A DNA stretch of 48,337 nt from Atractiella rhizophila. Its lineage: Eukaryota. The translations under genes and the position numbers were made by a program. Below are positions 1-10,124 of the stretch, in pieces. The notes beneath the pieces were generated by a model. The model was given only the letters and a program-made list of their open reading frames with translations. It did not search any database and was not told the origin of the DNA. Within the stretch, counting starts at the first letter, position 1; each line of letters starts with the position of its first letter. The stretch lies in assembly GCA_021432655.1 (NCBI GenBank), contig MU271242.1, forward strand, positions 62,001-110,337, given 5' to 3'.

Positions 1-580
1 ATGGGTGGGAGTGAGCGTGACAGAGCGGGAGAAGAGCGTGTGGAGGAGTAGGGGGATGGTACTGGACGGTGCCTGGGCCGGGTGGTTGATGATAGAGAGA
101 CCGGTGGATGTGTCATTCTTGTTGGATGGATGGAGGAGGTGATTGATGAGCGTGCGGGAGTATTGTGGAGAGAAGGGAGAGGTGAGGGCGAGCGCGGTGG
201 GAGTGTGCACAAAATGCAACGCGTGCTTTTTCTGCGTATCCGCCAGAATCCGTCATCAAATTTCTACTACATACAGAGAGAAAACGCACGTTCTGGATGA
301 GCTCGACGGGAGAATGCGCGTCAAAGGAGAGGAACACGTTGGCCACATCCGATCTCTCACTCTCATCTCCAAACGCCTCCATCTTCCAACGCCCATCGCT
401 TCCATCACCAACAGACAGCCAGAATCCACCTCCATCTTTGGCGGTGACTCCCCTCAAGAGCTCCTTCAGCCGTTCCTTGAGCTCTTCGACTGCGATCTCT
501 CCATGGACGTCTTCGTTGGAGTACGACTCTAGATGGTCCTCTGTGAGAGTGTGAGGGAGTAGCCGTGGAAAGTAGGACAT
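1..580 (-). CDS. 5' end of a probable non-ribosomal peptide synthetase (ferrichrome-type siderophore synthetase-like); runs off the window
   Basis: ATG at 580. After an intron (gtgcgt...cgcag, ~290-232) the frame reads ...TGLSIINHPAQAPSSTIPLLLHTLFSRSVTLTPTH, resembling the LSI(I/L)N-x-P...LLH-x-LF entry into the first adenylation domain of fungal siderophore NRPSs. An iron GATA box lies upstream. No A-domain core motifs fall inside the window. Confidence 0.55.
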
Positions 581-701
581 TGTAATATCTAATAGGATAC
601 CTAGCAGAGTATAGCGAGTCTAGAGTAGGTGCTGAGAAAGAAAGGGGGAAAGGAAGGAAAGATGGATGATAAATAATCGAGAGTTGTCGGAGCGGCTGAT
701 A

Positions 702-712
702 TTATCTGATAA
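702..712. promoter_or_regulatory. Overlapping double ATCWGATAA box (SreA/Urbs1-type iron-responsive GATA site)
   Basis: TTATCTGATAA gives ATCTGATAA on + (704-712) and ATCAGATAA on - (702-710), about 120 bp upstream of the putative NRPS ATG. Confidence 0.65.
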
Positions 713-1022
713 ACTCTATTTTCCTCCGTCCAATAGAAGTAAACTCACGTGTCCGCTTCTTCATGTGATTTAACTCCGTTCAACATTTTATTCGGTATTC
801 TTTTCTTTTTTTCCATGGTATTTTTTTTGGGTGTTGGCTTTTTTCTGTCTCATTTTGATGAATGATGCATGCGAGGGGCTAAAGTCGCTCTTCTGAGGGG
901 CTAATTTCACCGAGAGGGTATCTGTTTGGAAACAGCGACATGAGCGACGCATAGCTCCCATCACCATTTATTATAAGCAGGGAAGCAGATTCAAGGCCGA
1001 ATTGAATGTAGAGACAGAAGCG

Positions 1023-4000
1023 ATGTCACTGGACATCACCTCCTACACACTCACAAACCCATCCATTGACATCTCCCCCACCTTCTTCACCACTCTCACC
1101 GTGCGCATACCCTCTGGTCCACTCAGCACCGAGGACCTATCATGGCTCATGTCGAGCGAGCAGTTGCAAGGTGTCTCCAAGAAGAAGGGAAAACACTTCC
1201 ACGCTTTCCATGCGCATCATTCCGCCCTAGACCGACGGGGGAAGGAAGGGCTGGCTGGATTGGGCATATCACCACTCTTGGACAGGGAGACGGGATACCT
1301 CCGTGCTCTGGCTTTGTCTAGCTCGCATCGAGCGATCTTCATCCGTTTCAATCCTTCACACACACAACGTCCTCCTCGAGATGGAGCATCATCCAAACAA
1401 TCCAACTCTAACCCCAACGGCAAGATGGACATCCTGCAAAACCTCCTCACCTCTCATCCGCTGTACACATTCGCAGGCGCCCGTATATGCCTCCTCCTTC
1501 TCCGCGACCTCTCCCTCCACAGCGCATTGATCGACCTCTCCACCCTCACCTTGACCCAAGACGACACCCTCGCCTTTCCGCTCCCTGAACCACCTCATCA
1601 AGTGCTCAAACGTCTATGGATCAAGATGAGCCTAGTCCAACTAGCCAAGCTGTGGTCGATCGATGACTATTCCGATCCTGCCGCAAATGCAGGAGGATGT
1701 GGAAATGAAGACGGAGGGACTGGCTCAGCCAACGTCATCCTCAGAGCCTGGCTATCCTACCGAGCAGCGAGCGAGATGTACATGCAGTCGCTGAGCGAGG
1801 GTGATGGAGATGGTACGGAGTGGGAGAGGGTAACCAGGCGTGTGCTTGACTCTAGGAGGTTGCCGAACGAACAGGGGTCGAAGAGGCAGGCGGGACCTAT
1901 CCTCGCCTTCTTCTTCGACGCCGTTCGCATTGCTGATCAACTGGAGGCTGCTAAGCCAGTGGCTTCCACCACTGATTTTGCACTCATGGATCAGGCGTTT
2001 GCGTTTAGGGAGTCGGGTAGGCGTGGTGAAGCGGTAGGGGGATCGAGGTTCGTGATGGTGCGGAATGGGAGGTTTGTCTCTCTTCGACGATGAATTGTCT
2101 AGCTCGCATCGAGCGATCTTCATCCGTTTCAATCCTTCACACACACAACGTCCTCCTCGAGATGGAGCATCATCCAAACAATCCAACTCTAACCCCAACG
2201 GCAAGATGGACATCCTGCAAAACCTCCTCACCTCTCATCCGCTGTACACATTCGCAGGCGCCCGTATATGCCTCCTCCTTCTCCGCGACCTCTCCCTCCA
2301 CAGCGCATTGATCGACCTCTCCACCCTCACCTTGACCCAAGACGACACCCTCGCCTTTCCGCTCCCTGAACCACCTCATCAAGTGCTCAAACGTCTATGG
2401 ATCAAGATGAGCCTAGTCCAACTAGCCAAGCTGTGGTCGATCGATGACTATTCCGATCCTGCCGCAAATGCAGGAGGATGTGGAAATGAAGACGGAGGGA
2501 CTGGCTCAGCCAACGTCATCCTCAGAGCCTGGCTATCCTACCGAGCAGCGAGCGAGATGTACATGCAGTCGCTGAGCGAGGGTGATGGAGATGGTACGGA
2601 GTGGGAGAGGGTAACCAGGCGTGTGCTTGACTCTAGGAGGTTGCCGAACGAACAGGGGTCGAAGAGGCAGGCGGGACCTATCCTCGCCTTCTTCTTCGAC
2701 GCCGTTCGCATTGCTGATCAACTGGAGGCTGCTAAGCCAGTGGCTTCCACCACTGATTTTGCACTCATGGATCAGGCGTTTGCGTTTAGGGAGTCGGGTA
2801 GGCGTGGTGAAGCGGTAGGGGGATCGAGGTTCGTGATGGTGCGGAATGGGAGGTTTGTCTCTCTTCGACGATGAGTCCTTGGTGTTGGCTCTGATGCATC
2901 GTCTATGTTTGGCAGGTTCCAGAATAGGATCAGGCCCGATCCTTCACAATCTATCCTCCTCCATCTCGACGACGAAGACCATACTACGGTCTCATGTAAG
3001 GTCGCAAAGATTCATGGAACGGAGGTCCTCCTCGAAACCTCTTCTTCCCGTGCCTTCCTAAACGGCAAAATCACCAAGGTTTGTCACCCTTCCTTTTACC
3101 TCTACATACACCCTATTATCAGATCTCCTGCAGAGAATCAATCTGAGGGGAAGTCCGCTAGATCGAGATATTGGGCAGGCCACAGATCACACTAGCCGAG
3201 AAACACTGGCTCTCCTTCCTCACCGCCATCCTCAAAGGCGACCTCGCACCCCTCGAGAGCGCACACAACTCTTGGATCCTATTCGGATTGAGAAAGGAGA
3301 ATCGTCGACTGGACAACGCGCGAAATGACCGCGAGCCCATTGCCATCCCCCTTACCAGCGAGAGCGAAAGTAAAATGCTGGGGCCGGGAGCACCGTTAGC
3401 AGGAGGGGCAGTAGGTGGCGGGAGGAGGGCGGGTAGGAGAGGGATAAAGTCCTCTCACATCACGTCTAACGAGGAACTCGAGCGAGCCATCGCTGCTGAA
3501 GAGGAGCGTCGGAGGGCACGTACGCTTGCCAGGGACGGACAGAAGCTGGTGCAAAGCAATGTAAGGAGAAAGATGATGCCGATCGATATGACCGGACAAG
3601 GTCCGAACCCTTCGCAGATCGAGGCGATTGAGGATATCTTAGCTGGGAGTGGGAGGAGTGGACATACCGTTTTGATACAGGGACCGCCGGGTTCGTTTTT
3701 ACATGCTGCATGCTGGACCCCAGCTCATGTATCCTTATAGGGACGGGAAAGACCACGGTGATTTCTTTTGATGGCTCCTATCATAGACGTCGTCCAAGAG
3801 AAGCAGCTGAGCATATGCCACGGTGACAGGTCATCGCTCACTCCATAAATCAATGGCTCACCCACAATCCACATACCTTCGAATCGGGTGAGGTACCGCT
3901 GGACGAACGACAACCTATACCAACCATCTATTGTGTCACCGCCTCTAACGTCGCCGGCAAGAACATCGCGGAAGCTTTGGCGAAGAAGGGTTTCGAGGGA

Positions 4001-5589
4001 TACAAGATCATCGTCAGCACTGAATTCTATAGACAGGTCCGTCCTGGTTCCATCCAGTCGGGCCGTTATGTTGATCCAAATACAATTGCTGGAATTGTAG
4101 TGGCATGAACACATATATGAGGCGTGCAGGGACAAAATGGTCGTCTCGGACAAATTTCGCCTCACGGATGAAGAATGGGACGATCGCATGTTGTGGGAGC
4201 TGTTGTTCGACACAAGAGTCATCGTGCGTCACTCGCTCTTCTACAGATTTGATCCCCTCCCTGACAAGAAATGGAGCAGATCTGCACCCTGTCCATGCTC
4301 TCGTCCGAAAATCTGAAGGGGCGTGGATTTTTCAAGGTTGCCCAAATGCGCATGTTGCTCGTCGACGAAGCATCTCAGATCCGTGTCCGTTTTTCACTTC
4401 CATAAAGGCATGGAGGGAGAGCTGAACGGCCATTTGGGTAAAGGTTGACGAGTACCCTGTACGTTTTCCCTCCATTCTGCGTCTGCATCGTAATGCCTCA
4501 GGACAGCATGTCTTCCATTACTTCCGGGAGAATCTGGAAACTGTTGCTTTTTTTGGAGATCATATGTTTGTCTCCTCCTTCTCCTTGAGTTGCGCCGTCA
4601 ATTTGAGATGTAGGCAGCGTCTGTAACATTTTCAGCGTGGGATGCTTTGCCTGACGGTAATCCAAAGTTGCCCCATATCAATCTGCCGACATTAAACAGA
4701 TAAAATCTGTATTCGAGAACAAACATCTCGGGGAAGGAAACGAGAATTTTCACTTCCTTGATACTCAATGTCAATTCACTCTTTCGCATCATTTCGTCGA
4801 GGAACTGACAGAGAGCAGATCGAATGCCGTCCGTTGTGGGAGATTTTTTGAGCAAGATGATGTACAGAGGCAAGCTGCAGTCTTCATCATCCGTACATCC
4901 ATCCGAAAATGCAGTCTTGTTTGTCGACTGCAAGGAAGGCAGAGAGGTGCAGCTCAGCGAGGGAGGATCAAAGGTGTGTGAACCTCAATGTGTTTGGAAA
5001 GTGCTCAACAAGATCAAGAACCCATTCGAGGCCGAAAAGATCGTGGAACTCGTGCGATTGTGGTATCAACACAAGGAGTTTAAAGTGATCACTCCATATG
5101 ATGCTCAAAGAGATCTGATCGAGAAGTCTCTCAAGGTGCGTTCTCCCTTTCGTAATCGAAACATTAGGAAATAAGAGGAAAGTAGCATGCAGAACTGCCT
5201 TGGGAGGACCGGGTGTTTAACGTCGATTCTTTCCAGGGTCAAGAATGCGATTACATTCTCATCTCTGTTGTGCGGTTTGTGTTCCCCTCTTAACCTCTAC
5301 ATCTTCCAGCTAACGACGATAACAACTGTTTAGGACAGAGAAGGTTGGTTTCTTGAAGGAGGCGAAACGTTCCAACGTGATGCTGTCGAGATTAAAAAAG
5401 GGAATGGTTATCGTCACCAATCGTGGATTTTGTGAAGTTTGCCTTTCTTTGGCCCTCATGTCCGCTGCTATTCATTCTCTGACGTCCTTAAAGGGAGCAG
5501 GAAAGCACACACTTGTTGCGCAGTTGGGAATAGAAGGGAAGTGGATGAGTTCGAAAGACATCGGTTCTGGTGATGTTCGCTTTCCGTGA
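1023..5589 (+). CDS. Upf1/DNA2/NAM7-like superfamily 1 helicase (AAA_11/AAA_12) with N-terminal RNase H/3'-5' exonuclease-like region; multi-exon
   Basis: Spliced motifs: LIQGPPG|TGKTT (Walker A, 17-nt exon 3741-3757), SNVAGKNIAE, WHEHIYE, LLVDEASQI (Walker B), VITPYDAQR, NVDSFQGQE, RSNVMLSR. Interrupted by the duplication at 1314-2874. Confidence 0.85.
1314..2874. repeat. Tandem duplication, 2 x 780 bp separated by one A
   Basis: 1314-2093 matches 2095-2874 with no differences noticed. A at 2094 matches neither flank. Confidence 0.95.
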
Positions 5590-5915
5590 AAGTGGTACTA
5601 ATTTGGTTGTTCACATTGACATATTGATAAACAGACGATGCTAAAACATGCTCACAAACAACATCTTCGCCTCCTAAACATATATTTGAAACACTGCAAA
5701 AATAATTTGCTAAGTCGATATCGTGTGGTACAGAAAATGAATGGAGAAGTGACAAAGAAGAAATATTACGCATCAAACCCAACCAAAGCGCCAACGAAGA
5801 CTGCGCTTCCCTTCCCATATACGGTTTCACCGCTTCTCGTCCTCCTATGGCGCTCAAGGTCCACACTCTTTCATTCGTCCGCTGCTTCTTCCAGCGCTCG
5901 AATGTGCCAGGATCT

Positions 5916-8408
5916 CTATCTGCCCAATTGCTTTTCTTTGTGTGTTGCTACCCCTCCGCCGCGTTTGGAATACGCGAGAGCAGACCCCCTAACCCTTTGA
6001 GCTATTTCAGTAGGTGAAGGAAAGTCTGAAATGGGTCTCCAGCGTTGAGATTGATGGGGGTAGATTTGGGATGAAGGATCCCGTGGAGACGGGTTGTCGC
6101 ATCTTTTTTGACGATTGTACGGTATGTCGTCAGTAAACGTGTGTGACCGCTTGAGTATCCCTTCCTTCCCATGGCTGGACCGATCGAACTGCCGGTCTGT
6201 CTTGGTCCTCTTCTGCCTGAAAGGTCCAGGTAGAGGGGCAAAAGAAACAGTCCGCTTCTTTGGAGGAGGTTGTATCGGACTAGGATATACGAAGGATCCT
6301 AGATTGCCCACGCTGGGTGAAGGCGCAGCCCTGCTGCAGCGTTGACGCTCCTTGTTTCGGCTAGGCGGAAGTGTGAAAGCAGGCAGTGTTGGGCTGTAAA
6401 CAGCGCTCGTCTGCCTGGATGTAGTGGGTATGGTGGGACTGTACGCCATCGCGGTACTGCGCTCAGTGGGACGACGAGACAAGTTTGGGAGGGTCGACAG
6501 GGTGGTTTGTCTCCGGGGGAGACCACTTTGGATCGGTGGGAACAGGTTCTTCGAGATGGGAGAGTATAGAGGGGAGTCGATTGAGTCTTCTTGGGTTAAG
6601 CGGTCTCGTTGTGGCGTCGGAAGGACGGGAGAATACGAGATGTCCTCATCCCTATGCTACAAGTGTTAGAGGCAGGAGTAGAAGAAAGAGGAGGTACGAG
6701 CATGGAATCAAATAAGTCGCTGGATCGCGTTCCTGGTACGAGAAGCACTTGCCCCTGCAGAGGTGGAGAAGGGGTCCCAAGATTGGGAGAGCAATGGTGA
6801 GGAAGGCTTGCGCAGACAACGGTCGAATCTACATGTTTTTCCCGAATGAGTCGATGCCCCGCCGTTACTTTCTCGTCAACGAGCTCATCTCGAACACCTT
6901 CATTTCCCTTCAGCGGAATGATGTTCCTACGGTTCTCTCCGTCTGGCATACAGTTCGAACTGAATTCCAGCGCCGCGGCTTGCTCACATTCCACCACATC
7001 CATAATATCCATCGTCCCAGCATCGTGTTCCACGTGTGTTTGGCCGAAAAAAGGTAGCCCAGAGGTACTTCTGAACTCCAGTTCCACCTTCCTGCGCGCT
7101 ATCTGCCTTTTCCTCACTGACGCAGGCAGTGGGCGAAAGATCCCTCGAGTCTGACTTTGTGGGACAAGGATGAGGCTCCTCATTTTTTTCCTGCAAGATA
7201 GCGCAGCAGTGTCTGAAGGGGAAGGAGGGGAAAGAGATAGGCTATCCCATCTCGAGATGCTTTCCTCCTGCTGCGGTCCTTGGATGACCGACCCTGGACA
7301 TGGAGGTGACAAGGTGGCAATGATGGATACAGCGCGGTCACAAGATGGAGGTATTTGAGAAAGCACGTCAGCAGGAAGCTGGAAGTCTCCTATAGGAGGG
7401 ATTAGCTCAAAGGAGAAGACAGACTGGGCTTTCGAAGATGATGAATTGGTTTTGGAGAAAATGTCAGTTGTGAGGTCTGTTTCCATGCTGGCTAGCTTTG
7501 TCGCATTCTTTCTAGTTGAAAGAGGGGCATGGGCAGATTTGAAGCCGGCTCTCATAACCTCCACCTCTCCCATCACATCTAAGACAGTTTTTTTTCTGTC
7601 AGAACCCTTGCTTGTCGTCATTGTCAGAGGGACGGCTCTCGCAGTTGTGGGCGTGGCCGAACCAATCAAATCTTGTTGGAGCGGTACAACGCGAAGATCG
7701 AGCGGTTTCTTCCTCCTGTTCGCGACCTCGTGAACCCTCTCGCACTTCGACGAGTCTTGCTTTCCTCCTATCTCCTCCTGAGCAGGTTGACGAACCAAGT
7801 TGAAGCGAGGAGGCTTTAATGTCCTCAACTTCCCACCCGCAGATTTCTTCTGCAATTTCTTCTTCGTGCTCGCCCCAAAGGTGTCAAACGGCAGCAGAGC
7901 ATTTGCCATCCTCTCCTCCTTCTTTCGAGGTGTAGTGGCAGGAAAAGTCGCGTTTTCGTGAGCTCTGTGCCTTCTTGGAGACGTGGGAGTAAGGTACTGC
8001 GTGCCCTGTGGCCCTTGTTGCGGTTGTGGCTTGACGAGCAGCTCCAATTCGCGAACAAATCGTCGAGGCAGCGGCACCTTCGCAATGGCATGCAAATTGG
8101 ACATCTTATTCATCCTCCTTCTCTTTCGCTTATCACGAGGCTCCTCTTCCTCTTCCTCCCGTTGCTCTTGACCTCCATCCAATGCTTTCAGTTGAGCATG
8201 AGGAGACACAGGAGGGGGAGAAGACTGTTCGATCCTCCTTTTGCGTTTTCGACGCGGTTCATACGTTTTAGTATTGGTTGAAATGAACGCCCTAGAATCG
8301 TTTCTCAAATCTGGACTCACTGAGAGGAATAGGGGCTGGTCCTGCTGTGTCAATGATCGCTAGTAAATGTAAAGTTGAAATACGCGCCTGGAGTGACGTT
8401 TGTGACAT
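5916..8408 (-). CDS. Hypothetical low-complexity S/P/R/K-rich protein, spliced
   Basis: ATG 8408, GC-AG intron 8387-8345, then the long ORF to ~6698. A 41-nt intron (6697-6657, gtacct...ctaac...tag) joins it in frame to the 5916-6482 ORF. Several YSP motifs and basic NLS-like runs. The 3' end is uncertain. Confidence 0.6.
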
Positions 8409-9023
8409 GGTGACATCCAACGCTGCAGTCTCCTTCATAAATAGCTCATTTCTAGGAAGATGTACACTCCTGGTCGCGTTATACGATGAGCAACTAGTAT
8501 ACGAGCTCTCGATGGCTTTGCAACCAGTCGATCATCACTACGTTACTAGTCACGTTCTAATCTCATCCTTTTGAAGAAGTGCTGGTACCACCTTTCAGAA
8601 TCATACCGAGAATGGACTGAGAATTGGAATGAGCATGAACCAGAGGTCAACAGCTCAGGGAGTAGTAGGGAGGACAGTAGAATTGGAATTATGTAGGAAG
8701 TCGAAACGTGAATAGTGATGCGTGGAGCCAGGAAGATGATTGGCTAGAAGCAGCGTGGTGATGGGCAATACCATTTTTAGTCGGGAATTTCAGCAGATTT
8801 GATGGGCAGTATGGAAGGCAGATTGGTGGAATAAAAGGTGTGGATTTCAAGTTGATTCTGCAAAATTGTGCAAAAAAAAATCGCTTCGACTTCGGTCACT
8901 TCCTCGAGGTCCGGACGCATTAGAGCGTCACGTCTCCCGATATTTGTTGTTGTAGCCTAACAGCAAGTTTTCCCATTCGTCGCTTTCTCTTCCAGTGTCT
9001 CCGGTTCCCGGAAGCTAGTAGTT

Positions 9024-9045
9024 AATCAGATAAATTTATCAGATT
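9024..9045. promoter_or_regulatory. Inverted pair of ATCWGATAA iron-GATA boxes (duplicate copy 1)
   Basis: aATCAGATAAatTTATCAGATt: ATCAGATAA on + and ATCTGATAA on -. Confidence 0.65.
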
Positions 9046-9954
9046 CGTCTGATGGTTTCAGTGAGCCTTCGTCGGGAAGCTACTCATGGCTTCACTCAAT
9101 CCTTCTTAGCATTCACGAGTGCTTCGTCCAATCAAAACTCGCGTTGCATCACCCCATCGGGGAGAATCGAGAGCCTTTTTACCTTCTTTCAACATGTCAT
9201 TCTCTAACAAGTCGAAGTCGCCCAATCTGCTCCTCCCAACTTCCTTCCACCGCCTTTGCCTCCATTTGAATCTCACTATGGTCCGTTTTCAAATATGGAA
9301 GCGAAACGTCTTCTCTTCCTCCTATCTTGCCTTATATCGCTTCTGTGGACCGGCAGAATGGACTCTCTTCCTCATCGGCCTCATCGCCTGCATCGCATCA
9401 GGAGCTCCACTTCCCATCATTGGGATCCTCTTTGGACAGCTCGTGGATGACTTCACGAGCACTGCGTGTGACGAGACTCAGCAGGATGAGGCTGGGTTCA
9501 GAAAAGGAGTGAACCAGAAGGTCGTGTACCTCCTCATCGTGGCTGCAGCTAATTGGGCTTTGATCTGGACGTACACCGTGTGCTTTGGGATCTTTGGCGA
9601 GCGGATGTCGAGGTTGTTCAGGATACGGTATTTGAGAGCGCTCTTAGGTCAGGAGATGGAGTTCTTCGATGTCGGTGACGACAGTACTGGGCAGGGGAAG
9701 GGAGAAGATATGCAAAGTAGGGTATCGACGATCAACCAGCGACTCTCCACCGACTTACTCTCCATCCAGTACGACGCTTCTTTTGGTTTCTTTTAGATGG
9801 AGATCTAACCATCGCTTCGACTTCGGTCACTTCCTCGAGGTCCGGACGCATTAGAGCGTCACGTCTCCCGATATTTGTTGTTGTAGCCTAACAGCAAGTT
9901 TTCCCATTCGTCGCTTTCTCTTCCAGTGTCTCCGGTTCCCGGAAGCTAGTAGTT

Positions 9955-9976
9955 AATCAGATAAATTTATCAGATT
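9955..9976. promoter_or_regulatory. Inverted pair of ATCWGATAA iron-GATA boxes upstream of the full-length ABC transporter gene
   Basis: Same near-palindrome as 9024-9045, about 150-235 bp upstream of the candidate ATGs (10125 or 10209). Confidence 0.65.
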
Positions 9977-10124
9977 CGTCTGATGGTTTCAGTGAGCCTT
10001 CGTCGGGAAGCTGCTCATGGCTTCACTCAATCCTTCTTAGCATTCACGAGTTCTTCGTCCAATCAAAACCCGCGTTGCATCACCCCATCGGGGAGAATCG
10101 AGAGTCTTTTTACCTTCTTTCAAC

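Noticed and set aside
2065..2874. Independent 269-aa paralogue
   Set aside because: An exact duplicate segment of the helicase gene. A 30-nt intron at 2073-2102 could rejoin the frame but is shorter than any other intron seen here.
8560..8880. Retroposed element ending in poly-A
   Set aside because: Only an A9 run, with no TSD or coding remnant recognised.
9119..9796. Separate short ABC-membrane gene upstream of the transporter
   Set aside because: It is the first copy of the 931-bp duplication, ending inside an intron, and is probably the other allele.
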